NCBI GenBank assembly: GCA_038134805.1
Contig: JAYPVV010000006.1
Location: forward strand, 1,985-65,984
DNA length: 64,000 bases
Direction of reading: 5' to 3'
Source of the DNA: Marinoscillum sp.
GTDB taxonomy: Bacteria; Bacteroidota; Bacteroidia; Cytophagales; MED-G16
Of this stretch, positions 18,249-27,937 are shown piece after piece (the first letter of the stretch is position 1; each line of letters opens with the position of its first letter). The notes under the pieces are model-generated. The model had not been told where the DNA came from. It ran no database searches and worked only from the letters and a program-made list of their open reading frames with translations. The position numbers were made by a program, and so were the translations under genes.

Positions 18249-18927
18249 GCTTTTCTTTGTTTAAATTTTCAACTAATGTATTTATTCTTAATGCATTTTT
18301 AACTTCAAATTCTCCAATTTTTAATCTTCTTAGTTTAGAGAGGACTGCTCCACAACCTAAATAATTACCAAAATCTCTAGCAAGTGATCTTATGTATGTC
18401 CCTTTAGTACACGATATCTCAAAAGATATGTTTGGTAAGTTTATATTAATAATATCAAGACTAAATATTGTAATTTTTTTCTCCTTAATTTTAATTTCTT
18501 CATTCTCTCGTGCATACTCATACGCCCTCTTTCCACTAATTTTTACAGCAGAATATTTTGGTGGTCTTTGTAGGTGTTCTCCGGTAAAATGTTTTGCAGC
18601 ATTATAAATTTCTTTCTCTGATAAATTATTTATTTCTCTGGTAGAATTAAACTCCGTCTCTAGGTCATGAGATGGTGTGGTTTTTCCTAAAATAAACTCT
18701 CCATAGTAAACCTTATCTTTAGCTTGAATTTCATTAATTTTTTTTGTGTTTTTACCTGTACAAACAATTAATAAACCAGTGGCTAGAGGATCAAGTGTAC
18801 CTGCGTGTCCAACTTTTTTACATTTGATAATATTTCTAATTTTTTTAACTACATCAAAAGATGTCCAATCAAGATCCTTATCGACTAAAATAGTTTGCCC
18901 ACTTGAATATTTTTCTAAAAAGTCCAC
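18235..18927 (-). CDS. truB: tRNA pseudouridine(55) synthase
   Basis: 230 aa with the catalytic-Asp motif KVGHAGTLDPLATGLLIV and a TruB-type fold pattern. Confidence 0.95.
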   Translation of the reverse strand: MDFLEKYSSGQTILVDKDLDWTSFDVVKKIRNIIKCKKVGHAGTLDPLATGLLIVCTGKNTKKINEIQAKDKVYYGEFILGKTTPSHDLETEFNSTREINNLSEKEIYNAAKHFTGEHLQRPPKYSAVKISGKRAYEYARENEEIKIKEKKITIFSLDIININLPNISFEISCTKGTYIRSLARDFGNYLGCGAVLSKLRRLKIGEFEVKNALRINTLVENLNKEKLENS

Positions 18928-18989
18928 AAGAATAACAAATGCCTTTTTTCAGCAAAGTAAAAGATTTATTTTAGTATTGAGTAATAAGA

Positions 18990-20387
18990 ATGAAAAGATA
19001 TTTAGCACTAATAATTTTATTTTTCTGTAATGAGATAATTGCTCAAGAAAATGGTTTAAATAAGAGTATAAATATAAAAGTTGTTAGCAAGATAGATTTT
19101 TCAGAGGGTTTTGATATTACCGATAATGTAGTAGGTGAGCAAATAAGAAAAAAATTTGAAGAAAAAAAAGTCAATTTCTCTGATATTGACAGTAAGTATT
19201 TTATTTCAGTCTCTTTTGGATGGAAATACAAGAGATCCACTGACCTAGAGATAGATAATTTTAAAGGACTTATTATAGATAAATCTAACGGAGATAAGAT
19301 TATTGCTGAATTTACTTTCTCAAAAGTCAAAAACTTGGAAGTAGCGGCACAGGATCTAGTTGAAATAATAATCTCTAAAAATAATTTTATAGATAACACT
19401 GGGAAATTTATAGATGTAAATGAGCATTTCATGAAAATGAATGTGAAAAGATGGGATAGCTCACGTCCTGACGCACATGCACCAGCTTCTCTATTTGCTG
19501 ACCATATCCATCCAAAAGGTGGTTTAATGATTGGGTATAAAGTTGAAAGGTCAAATGGAGAAAAAACATACAATGGAAATACAATTTATGGAAGAGATAA
19601 GATTACTAGTTATTATGATAGACATATTACATCACAAATATTTATTAATCATAGTATAGAGATTATGTATGGAATAGCTGATAAACTAACTGTATTTTCC
19701 TCATTTTCTTTCAAAAGAATGAAATCAACTTATATCTCTAAATATGATAGTTATGTACCACTTAAATCAAGTGGATTTGGAGATATAGATATTCAACTTC
19801 TCTACAGTTTGATGAGCTCTTCAAACTATAAAATTCATTCAAATGTAGGATTCTCTTTGCCATCTGGCAGTATCAATAAAGTTCACGATGATAGACCCTT
19901 GCCATACTCTATGCAGCTTGGCAGTGGGCATTATGCTGTTAAACTAGGTTTAACTAGTTTTTTTCAATTTAAAAATATTTCTGCTGGGATTCAGCCTCTT
20001 ATTAACATAGGCATAAATGAGAATTCTAGAGGATATATGTATGGGAATGAGTTAAATATAAATTATTGGGGGTCTTTATTTTTAAGTAAAACAATTAGCG
20101 TAAGCTTTAGACAGAATTATATTAATAAAAAAAGGATAGTAGGAGAAGACAATAACCTTAATTCTAAGCTTATGATTTTAAATAATAAGAATAATTCAGG
20201 AAGTATAGTCTTAAATTCTTCTTTAGGAATAAATTTTTCTCCTAAAAAAAGTTATTTAAAGAATAACAGGCTTTCTTTAGAGTATTATTTTCCTGCCTAC
20301 AGAAGTTATCAAGGGCTACAAGTTGGTATATCTAATGGATTTGTTTTATCATTGCAGTATACTCCTTGGGGACATAATAGTCATTAA
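18990..20387 (+). CDS. putative outer-membrane beta-barrel 'transporter'-family protein with an extra N-terminal domain
   Basis: 465 aa with a signal peptide. From about residue 165 it carries RPDAHAPASLFADHIHPKGGLMIGY, GFGDIDIQLLY and PYSMQLGSGHY, which resemble the Bacteroidetes barrel family usually annotated as transporter / MetA-pathway-like. This assignment is from memory. Confidence 0.45.
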   Translation: MKRYLALIILFFCNEIIAQENGLNKSINIKVVSKIDFSEGFDITDNVVGEQIRKKFEEKKVNFSDIDSKYFISVSFGWKYKRSTDLEIDNFKGLIIDKSNGDKIIAEFTFSKVKNLEVAAQDLVEIIISKNNFIDNTGKFIDVNEHFMKMNVKRWDSSRPDAHAPASLFADHIHPKGGLMIGYKVERSNGEKTYNGNTIYGRDKITSYYDRHITSQIFINHSIEIMYGIADKLTVFSSFSFKRMKSTYISKYDSYVPLKSSGFGDIDIQLLYSLMSSSNYKIHSNVGFSLPSGSINKVHDDRPLPYSMQLGSGHYAVKLGLTSFFQFKNISAGIQPLINIGINENSRGYMYGNELNINYWGSLFLSKTISVSFRQNYINKKRIVGEDNNLNSKLMILNNKNNSGSIVLNSSLGINFSPKKSYLKNNRLSLEYYFPAYRSYQGLQVGISNGFVLSLQYTPWGHNSH

Positions 20388-20389
20388 TT

Positions 20390-20815
20390 ATGAGATTTAT
20401 ATTTGCTTTTTTGATTTTATTTTCTTGTACATCTGAAAATTCCATCCACTTGTCTAATCTAAAATTATTTGACGAGATAATGTCTGAGCATGATGAACTC
20501 ATGCTTGATATGAGAACTCTTAATCAAATGAAAGAAGATTTATTAGAAATTGATGGTTTTGATGAAGAGAGCAAACCTGTCAAGGACCTAGATGAGGCTC
20601 GCATGTCAATGATGAGTTTTATGAAAGAATTTGGTGGAGAGTTTACTATTGACTCTTATCCCATGGATAAAAAATCACATACTAATCTTGAGGGGGTTGA
20701 TTTATTATCTGTAAATAAGAAACTCCTCGTTTTTAAAGATAAAATTAATGGTGTTTCAGTGAAATTTTCTACTAGTATTTCAGAAGGGAATAATATTTTA
20801 GAAAGCTCTAAGTGA
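20390..20815 (+). CDS. small helical lipoprotein, unknown function
   Basis: 141 aa with a lipobox (ILFSC), acidic and Met-rich (EIMSEHDELMLDMRTLNQMKEDLLE). Begins 2 bp after the barrel gene. Confidence 0.5.
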   Translation: MRFIFAFLILFSCTSENSIHLSNLKLFDEIMSEHDELMLDMRTLNQMKEDLLEIDGFDEESKPVKDLDEARMSMMSFMKEFGGEFTIDSYPMDKKSHTNLEGVDLLSVNKKLLVFKDKINGVSVKFSTSISEGNNILESSK

Positions 20816-22267
20816 ATCTATATCACTAAATGATAAATTCATTATCCCAGATTTGCAATTGTTATAGTTAAAATGCCACCACTCGTTTTCATAGACTGAG
20901 AAGTTATTTTTTTCCATAACTTCGATGAGTAAATCTCTTAAATATCTCTGATTTGTTGTACCTCCAGAGTAGTTAACATATGCCCTCTCAGTAAATTCAT
21001 CATAACCAGATATCATCTCTATATTTTCTTTCGATTCTAAGTCATAAAGACCTATATCAATGGCACATCCTCTATTATGACTTGAACCTTTTTCTGGATC
21101 TGCAACAAAATGTTTTAAGTTATCAGGAGTTCCTTCCCAAAACATTTTAGTTATATACCATGGCCGGTAAGCATCGAATACTACTATTCCATACCCAAAT
21201 TTTTTTAATTCTTTTGTAGCATTTATAAGGTTTTCAGCTGCTTCAGAATTTAAAAAAGCCCTCTCACTTTCATAAAATTTTGATCTCATAAAATTATTAG
21301 AAGATGCATACCTGATATCTAATTTAAATTCGTTATCAAAAAGACTTAAATCAGTTAATCTTAAGTGAGACTTTATTGAATCAATTGATGGAGGTCTTGA
21401 TTTTAAAGCAATTTTTTTTAGTTCAGATATTTCTTTGATAGGTGTTATATAAAAAATTTCATTATTTGAATTTTTTCCATAAAGAATTCCTAAGCTGCCA
21501 ACAATAAAACAATAAATTGAAAAGTAAATGAGCTTACTTTCCCTAACAATTTTTAACATAAGAGAGCATGCAAAAATCCCACTTATTAATGCAGAGAGAA
21601 AACCAATAATATATTGAAAGGATAATAATGAGGAGGCTGATAGTGAACCACTCTGTGAAAATCCAGAAATTATTTTAAGAATAAGAATCCCAAAAATTGG
21701 GACAAGCACCATCAAAAAAGAAAATTTTGTTGCTTTCTCCTTATTAACATTTAATAAAAGTGCAGTAGAGATGGTTGCACCAGACCTTGAAATTCCTGGT
21801 AAAATAGCAAGAGCTTGCGATAGTCCAATTATTAATGCATCAGAATAGGATACATTTTTTTGATAGTCTTTCTTCTTGAAGTAAGTAAAACATAAAAGCA
21901 AAGATGTAATTAAAAGCATTGAGCCAACTAAGACAATATTTCCATTAAAAAAAGATTCAACTTCTTTCTCATATAAAATTCCTACTACACCCACAGGAAT
22001 ACTAGAAATTATGATTTTAGAAATAAATTCAGCTTTTTCTCCATCAAGCTTAAAAAGGCCTAATATGATATCTTTGATATCTTTCCTAAATACAAATAGT
22101 ATACTAATAGCAGTTGCAATATGAACTGTTATGGAAAAGGTTAGATTTTCTCTTTGTTGAGTTTGTAAAATAAATGATGCTAATTCTAGATGACCACTAC
22201 TGCTTATAGGAAGAAATTCTGTAAGTCCCTGAATAATCCCAAGAATCAGAGCTTCATACCACTCCAT
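20798..22267 (-). CDS. uppP: fusion protein: undecaprenyl-diphosphate phosphatase (UppP/BacA) + VanX/DdpX-type D-alanyl-D-alanine dipeptidase
   Basis: 489-aa single ORF. Residues 1 to about 270 are polytopic UppP (GLTEFLPISSSGHL, PGISRSGATIS). Residues about 300-489 carry M15 dipeptidase motifs: DAYRPW, SSHNRGCAIDIG, EWWHFNY. Confidence 0.85.
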   Translation of the reverse strand: MEWYEALILGIIQGLTEFLPISSSGHLELASFILQTQQRENLTFSITVHIATAISILFVFRKDIKDIILGLFKLDGEKAEFISKIIISSIPVGVVGILYEKEVESFFNGNIVLVGSMLLITSLLLCFTYFKKKDYQKNVSYSDALIIGLSQALAILPGISRSGATISTALLLNVNKEKATKFSFLMVLVPIFGILILKIISGFSQSGSLSASSLLSFQYIIGFLSALISGIFACSLMLKIVRESKLIYFSIYCFIVGSLGILYGKNSNNEIFYITPIKEISELKKIALKSRPPSIDSIKSHLRLTDLSLFDNEFKLDIRYASSNNFMRSKFYESERAFLNSEAAENLINATKELKKFGYGIVVFDAYRPWYITKMFWEGTPDNLKHFVADPEKGSSHNRGCAIDIGLYDLESKENIEMISGYDEFTERAYVNYSGGTTNQRYLRDLLIEVMEKNNFSVYENEWWHFNYNNCKSGIMNLSFSDIDSLRAF

Positions 22268-22270
22268 AAA

Positions 22271-22498
22271 TTATTTTCCTTTATGAAAAATTGCAAAAAA
22301 CTGGAAAATAAATCCGAAAAGAACAATTATAGGACCAAGTGTTAGCCCTAAAAATCCGTAGCCATACTCTTCAGTGTCAAGAGTCATAATAAAAAATCCT
22401 ATGAAAATTATAGCAATACCAATAATCATAAGCTTATAGTTTTTTTTATTAAAAGGTAGATTTGAATTATTACTCATAAAATTAACTGTATAAATCAT
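22271..22498 (-). CDS. small two-TM membrane protein (DUF3098-like)
   Basis: 75 aa. FNKKNYKLMIIGIAIIFIGFFIM plus a second TM segment. It sits between ftsX and uppP. The real start is possibly the second Met (MSNNSN). Confidence 0.55.
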   Translation of the reverse strand: MIYTVNFMSNNSNLPFNKKNYKLMIIGIAIIFIGFFIMTLDTEEYGYGFLGLTLGPIIVLFGFIFQFFAIFHKGK

Positions 22499-23378
22499 CT
22501 AAGGACGAACCCAAATACTTATTAACTGATACATATGTACTTGTCATTACCATAACTATTCCTGTAGTAATCAGAGTGATAAATATAATACTTAATTTCT
22601 CAAAGCTAACAATTACTTGAGATGCATTCATTTTTTCATTGATAAGCATAATAATAAATAATAAAAGAGATGATGATAGGATTCCAGAGACTATTCCATA
22701 AATCATTCCCCTTAATAAAAAAGGTTTTAAAATATAGCTTGATGTTGCTCCAACTAATTGCATACTTCTGATTAAAAATCGCTGCGAAAATAAGGCTATC
22801 CTAAGAGTATTTGTAATGAGAACAACTGAAATAATAAAAAGAATTATAAAAATCGATACAAAAATAAAACTCAGATTTTTGATGTTATTATTAATATCAC
22901 TTATGACATCTTTGGAGTAATCAACTTCGTATATGCCTGATATTTTTAGAATATCCTCCTCAATTTCATTTAGTTTTTCTTTTTCAAAAAAATCAGAATT
23001 TATCTTTAAAATTATAAGATCTCGTAGTGGGTTGTTCCCAAGAAATTTGACAAAATCTTCACCTATTTCTTGTGAAAACTCTTTTGCTGCGACATCACTC
23101 GGGATATAGGTTAGAGTTGACTCATCTTTTTCAAGAACATATTCTTTGGTGAAAAGAATTCTTTTAATTCTATCTACTTGACTTGAAGAAATTTCTTTAT
23201 TTAAGTAAATATTTATCTCAGTATTGTCTTGGATAATTTTTTTGACCTCAAGAGATGAAAGAAGAAAAAAACTGAAAATTCCTAAAAGAAGAAGAGAAAG
23301 AGAGACACTAAAAATTACACTTATGTAAGGGAAATTACCAAATGTTTTTTTAGGTATCTTCTTTCTCTTTTTATACAT
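22482..23378 (-). CDS. ftsX: cell-division ABC-transporter permease-like protein FtsX
   Basis: 298 aa with FtsX topology: TM1, a large extracytoplasmic loop, then three C-terminal TM segments. Conserved [12 protein letters not shown] segment. Confidence 0.85.
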   Translation of the reverse strand: MYKKRKKIPKKTFGNFPYISVIFSVSLSLLLLGIFSFFLLSSLEVKKIIQDNTEINIYLNKEISSSQVDRIKRILFTKEYVLEKDESTLTYIPSDVAAKEFSQEIGEDFVKFLGNNPLRDLIILKINSDFFEKEKLNEIEEDILKISGIYEVDYSKDVISDINNNIKNLSFIFVSIFIILFIISVVLITNTLRIALFSQRFLIRSMQLVGATSSYILKPFLLRGMIYGIVSGILSSSLLLFIIMLINEKMNASQVIVSFEKLSIIFITLITTGIVMVMTSTYVSVNKYLGSSLDDLYS

Positions 23379-23386
23379 ATTTTAAT

Positions 23387-25510
23387 TTACACCAATAAAG
23401 GAGCAATAACTAATGCAACAACTGATATTAACTTTAATAAAATATTTAATGATGGACCTGAAGTATCCTTAAATGGATCACCAACAGTATCACCAACAAC
23501 AGCTGCTTTATGGGCTTCCGTTCCTTTTTTGCCTGCCTCCTCAATCATTTTTTTTGCATTATCCCACGCTCCTCCAGCATTTGATTGAAATATTGCCATT
23601 AGAACGCCAGAAGAAGTGACTCCAGCTAACAGTCCACCCAACATTTCAGCACCACCTAAAAATCCAACAAGAACAGGAACTGATATAGCCATAAGACCTG
23701 GTAAAATCATTTCTCTAAGAGCAGCTTGAGTAGATATCTCAACACATTTACTGTACTCAGCAACACCATCAGCGTCATTAAATATTTTTAAGTCAGCTTT
23801 TGAAGCTTTAGATAAGTCAGAATTGTATTTTCTCATTATCTCAAGAGCAGCTTTTAATTTGGGAAGGTCATTAAACTGTCTTCTTACTTCTTCGATCATA
23901 CTCATTGCTGCTTTTCCAACAGCATTCATTGATAAAGCAGAAAACACAAATGGCAACATTGCTCCTATAAGTAACCCAGACATAACAACAGGATTAGATA
24001 TATCAATCGATGTAATTTGTGCTGTTTGCATGAAAGCTGCAAATAAAGCAAGTGCAGTTAATGCAGCAGAAGCAATTGCAAAACCTTTCCCAATTGCGGC
24101 AGTAGTATTTCCTACTGCATCAAGTTTATCTGTCCTTTCTCTAACTTGAGAAGGAAGTTCTGCCATCTCAGCAATACCACCAGCATTATCAGAAATTGGG
24201 CCGTACGCATCTACAGCTAACTGAATCCCAGTATTAGCTAACATACCAACAGCAGCAATTGCAATTCCGTAGAGACCAGCAAAGTGGAAAGATGTTAATA
24301 TAGCTACACAAATTAAAATTATAGGAATAGCTGTTGACATCATTCCAACCCCTAAGCCTGAAATAATTGTAGTTGCCGCACCAGTATCAGATTGTTTTAC
24401 GATAGATTTAACAGGTGACTTGCCAGTTGCAGTGTAATATTCTGTTATTTTACCAACTCCCAGACCTGCAATAAGTCCAGAAATCGTTGCGTAGAAAACA
24501 CCCATAGATGTATAAGTTTTATCATTAAAACTCCATGATTCAGGAAGAAAATATCCTATTAAAAAGTATGTAGCAACAATCATGAGAAAAGCTGAAGTAA
24601 ATTCACCAGTATTTAAGGCTGAGTGTGGACTTCCACCTTCCTTAACTCTTACGAAGAGAGTCCCAATTATAGACATAATAATGCCTGTAGATGCAATAAA
24701 TAATGGTAAGAGGATAGCATTAGTTTCTATCCCAGAAAATTCTTGAAGCCCAATGAAGGCTGCACCCAAAACCATAGCACCAATAATTGAACCAACAAAT
24801 GATTCAAATAAGTCAGCTCCCATACCTGCTACATCTCCAACATTATCTCCAACATTATCAGCAATTGTAGCTGGATTTAATGGATGATCTTCAGGTATAC
24901 CTGCTTCCACTTTTCCTACAAGATCAGCTCCAACGTCTGCAGCTTTAGTGTAAATTCCACCACCAACTCTGGCAAAAAGAGCAATAGAAGATGCTCCAAG
25001 AGAGAACCCTGAGATTACTTTTATTACTGTATCAATATCTTGAAATAAACTACTATAAAACATAAAAAGTGTTCCAAGTCCTAAAACCCCTAATCCAACA
25101 ACACCAAGTCCCATCACAGCACCACCTGAAAAAGCAATTTCTAATGCTTTTCCTAGAGATTCTTGAGCAGCATTAGTTGTTCTTACATTAGCTTTTGTAG
25201 CGACTTTCATTCCTATAAATCCAGCAAGACCAGAGCATAATGCACCAACTACAAATGATACGGCTACAAGGTAACTAGATCCTTCGCTCTCTCCTTTTAA
25301 CCCAAGCAAAACAGCTGTTATCAACACAAAAACAGAAAGTATTTTATATTCTGCCCTCAGAAAAGCCATTGCTCCGTCTGCAATATTTTTTGCAATTCTT
25401 TCCATTTTCTCAGAACCAACTTCTCTAGATGCAACCCAGTTATTTTTTAGATAAACAAATAACAGAGCAAGAACTCCTGATCCTGGAATAAAGTATAACA
25501 ATTCGTTCAT
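23387..25510 (-). CDS. hppA: membrane-integral ion-translocating pyrophosphatase (K+-dependent type)
   Basis: 707 aa with motifs [18 protein letters not shown] and [19 protein letters not shown] has Ala at the K+-dependence position. Confidence 0.95.
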   Translation of the reverse strand: MNELLYFIPGSGVLALLFVYLKNNWVASREVGSEKMERIAKNIADGAMAFLRAEYKILSVFVLITAVLLGLKGESEGSSYLVAVSFVVGALCSGLAGFIGMKVATKANVRTTNAAQESLGKALEIAFSGGAVMGLGVVGLGVLGLGTLFMFYSSLFQDIDTVIKVISGFSLGASSIALFARVGGGIYTKAADVGADLVGKVEAGIPEDHPLNPATIADNVGDNVGDVAGMGADLFESFVGSIIGAMVLGAAFIGLQEFSGIETNAILLPLFIASTGIIMSIIGTLFVRVKEGGSPHSALNTGEFTSAFLMIVATYFLIGYFLPESWSFNDKTYTSMGVFYATISGLIAGLGVGKITEYYTATGKSPVKSIVKQSDTGAATTIISGLGVGMMSTAIPIILICVAILTSFHFAGLYGIAIAAVGMLANTGIQLAVDAYGPISDNAGGIAEMAELPSQVRERTDKLDAVGNTTAAIGKGFAIASAALTALALFAAFMQTAQITSIDISNPVVMSGLLIGAMLPFVFSALSMNAVGKAAMSMIEEVRRQFNDLPKLKAALEIMRKYNSDLSKASKADLKIFNDADGVAEYSKCVEISTQAALREMILPGLMAISVPVLVGFLGGAEMLGGLLAGVTSSGVLMAIFQSNAGGAWDNAKKMIEEAGKKGTEAHKAAVVGDTVGDPFKDTSGPSLNILLKLISVVALVIAPLLV

Positions 25511-25551
25511 AATAATTAATTTAATTTTAGCGCAAATATAGTATCTATTAT

Positions 25552-25971
25552 TTAGCTACAATATTCTTCATACACGTTTTTAAGATGTTCAGATATCATC
25601 GCTGCATTTCTTCCCTCAATGTGATGTCTTTCAACAAAATGAATAAGATCTCCATTATTAAAAAGAGCTATAGCTGGTGAACTAGGTGGGTAAGGAAGAC
25701 ACATTTCTCTAACTTTATTTACTGCTTCAAAATCAACACCTGCAAAAACAGTATAAAGTTTATCAGGTTTTTTTTCTGAAATAGTTAGGGAGTGCTTTAC
25801 CCCTGGTCGAGCTGCTCCAGCAGCACATCCACATACTGAGTTTATCAGTACCAGACACATTCCTGAGTTCTCATTTAGTTCAGAAACAACTGTTTCTGCA
25901 TCTTTTAATTCAATAAAGCCAACAGATGTGAGTTCTTCAATCATAGGCTTAGTTAATTCATATGGATACAT
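25552..25971 (-). CDS. BrxA/BrxB-family bacilliredoxin-like thiol protein
   Basis: 139 aa. [14 protein letters not shown] has the CGC redox motif, with [12 protein letters not shown] and [10 protein letters not shown] typical of the YphP/YqiW family. Confidence 0.8.
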   Translation of the reverse strand: MYPYELTKPMIEELTSVGFIELKDAETVVSELNENSGMCLVLINSVCGCAAGAARPGVKHSLTISEKKPDKLYTVFAGVDFEAVNKVREMCLPYPPSSPAIALFNNGDLIHFVERHHIEGRNAAMISEHLKNVYEEYCS

Positions 25972-25989
25972 AATTATAATTATTTAAAC

Positions 25990-26310
25990 TTACATAAATC
26001 CTAATTCTAGTTTTGCCTCCTCAGACATTAAATCTGTAGAATAGGGTGGGTCAAAAGTAATTTCAACTTCAACCTCATTTATTTCTTTTATCATCTCAAC
26101 TCTTGATTTAATGTCAGCAGGTATAGATTCTGCAGCAGGGCATGATGGAGATGTTAATGTCATGAGAATATGAACATTCTGCAATGGTAAAAGCTGAATA
26201 TCATATATTAAACCAAGCTCATAAACATCTACTGGTATTTCAGGATCAAAAACAGTTTTAATGGCTCTTACAATTTTTTCTTTAAGTTGTGTGTCATTCA
26301 CTTCTGACAT
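25990..26310 (-). CDS. DUF59/SufT-type Fe-S cluster assembly protein
   Basis: 106 aa. VFDPEIPVDVYELGLIY and MTLTSPSCPAAE are characteristic of the DUF59 (MIP18) family. Lies immediately downstream of sufE. Confidence 0.8.
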   Translation of the reverse strand: MSEVNDTQLKEKIVRAIKTVFDPEIPVDVYELGLIYDIQLLPLQNVHILMTLTSPSCPAAESIPADIKSRVEMIKEINEVEVEITFDPPYSTDLMSEEAKLELGFM

Positions 26311-26312
26311 AT

Positions 26313-26723
26313 TTAATTTTTCAAAGCTAGTAATTTAAATTTTTTTTCCATCGATTGTAAACCATTTGATCTTTGGGTGCCAATAAATCTATTTAATCCA
26401 ATTCTTTCAATAAAGAATAAAGAAGTGTTAATTATTTCCTCTTGGGACTTTTCATTAAAAATTCTAATTAGTATACTTAGTAGACCCTTTGTTATAGATG
26501 TGTTGCTATCACCATAAAACTTATAAATTTCTCCAATTTTTTTACATTCAAGCCATACCTTGGACTGACACCCTTTCACTAATCTGTCATCAGTTTTAAG
26601 CTCTTCATCTATTAGTTGAATATCCTCTCCTAACTCTATGAGATAATTTAAAGTCATTTCTAAATCACCTTCAAGTACACTAAAGTCTTCAATTATGCCT
26701 TGTTGAATTTCTTGTGTTGTCAT
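26313..26723 (-). CDS. sufE: SufE-family sulfur acceptor protein
   Basis: 136 aa with the conserved VKGCQSKVWL active-site Cys loop. A 4-nt overlap joins it to sufS. Confidence 0.85.
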   Translation of the reverse strand: MTTQEIQQGIIEDFSVLEGDLEMTLNYLIELGEDIQLIDEELKTDDRLVKGCQSKVWLECKKIGEIYKFYGDSNTSITKGLLSILIRIFNEKSQEEIINTSLFFIERIGLNRFIGTQRSNGLQSMEKKFKLLALKN

Positions 26724-27937
26724 TGACTTAGAATATTAGAAAGAGTATTTATGAAATAATCTATTTCATCTGTGGTATTATATAGTGCTAAAGACATTCT
26801 TGCTGTTCCTTCAACATTAAATTTTTCCATAAGAGGTTGAGTACAGTGGTGGCCCGTTCTAACTGCTATGCCTTTTGCGTCTAGAAGTAAGCCTATATCG
26901 TAGTAGTGCATGCTTTCTGATGTGAAAGAAAATATTCCAATTTTTTTTTCAGAGGTTCCTATAATTTTTATTCCTTTAACTTTCTCCAATTCCTTTTTTG
27001 CATAGGACATCAATTTTTCCTCATAAGATTGAATATTTTTCTTTCCTAAGTTATTGATATATATGATAGCTTCTTTAAATCCAACTACATCACCAATATT
27101 AGGCGTTCCAGCTTCGAATTTGTGAGGAAGATCGTTATAAGTTGTTTTTATAAAACTCACATCTTGTATCATTTCACCTCCACCCATGTATGGGGGCATC
27201 TCCTCAAGTATTTTCTCTTTTCCATAGACAACTCCCACACCAGTTGGGCCATACATTTTATGAGCTGAGAAAACAAAAAAATCACAATTCAATTTTTGAA
27301 CATTAATATCAGAGTGAGCTGATGCTTGTGCCCCATCAATTAGACTTAAAATATTATTATCTGAACAAATTTTAATTATTTCTTTAACTGGATTTATTGT
27401 GCCTAATGCGTTAGATATATAAACTATTGACGCAAGCTTAGTTTTTTCTGAAATAATTTTTTTAAAGTGGTTAAGATCAAGTTCTCCAGAACTATTTACT
27501 TTAATTACCTTCAATTTAAGTTTTTTTTCTTCTGCTATCATTTGCCAGGGAACAATGTTGGAATGATGTTCCATTTCACTAATAATAATTTCATCACCGG
27601 GTTTGAAGTATTTTTTCCCTAGAGAGGAAGCTATAAGATTTATTCCTTCTGTCGTGCCTCTAGTAAAAATTATTTCATTTTCTGAAGTAGCTCCAATATA
27701 ATTTTTTATACTTTTTCTAGTATTCTCAAACTCTTCAGTAGCTTTCTCAGCAAGTGTGTGAATTCCCCTATGAATATTGGCGTTATAGGTCTTATAAAAA
27801 TCAGATATTGCTTCAATTACACTTAAAGGCTTTTGAGTGGTTGCAGCATTATCAAAATATACTAATTTGTGGTTATTAACTTGAGATTTTAAAATCGGAA
27901 AGTCTTCTCTGACAGATTCAATATTAAAGTTAGTCAT
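26720..27937 (-). CDS. sufS: cysteine desulfurase SufS (class V, group II)
   Basis: 405 aa with PLP-lysine in FSAHKMYGPTGVGV and active-site Cys in RTGHHCTQPL. Located within the suf operon. Confidence 0.93.
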   Translation of the reverse strand: MTNFNIESVREDFPILKSQVNNHKLVYFDNAATTQKPLSVIEAISDFYKTYNANIHRGIHTLAEKATEEFENTRKSIKNYIGATSENEIIFTRGTTEGINLIASSLGKKYFKPGDEIIISEMEHHSNIVPWQMIAEEKKLKLKVIKVNSSGELDLNHFKKIISEKTKLASIVYISNALGTINPVKEIIKICSDNNILSLIDGAQASAHSDINVQKLNCDFFVFSAHKMYGPTGVGVVYGKEKILEEMPPYMGGGEMIQDVSFIKTTYNDLPHKFEAGTPNIGDVVGFKEAIIYINNLGKKNIQSYEEKLMSYAKKELEKVKGIKIIGTSEKKIGIFSFTSESMHYYDIGLLLDAKGIAVRTGHHCTQPLMEKFNVEGTARMSLALYNTTDEIDYFINTLSNILSQ

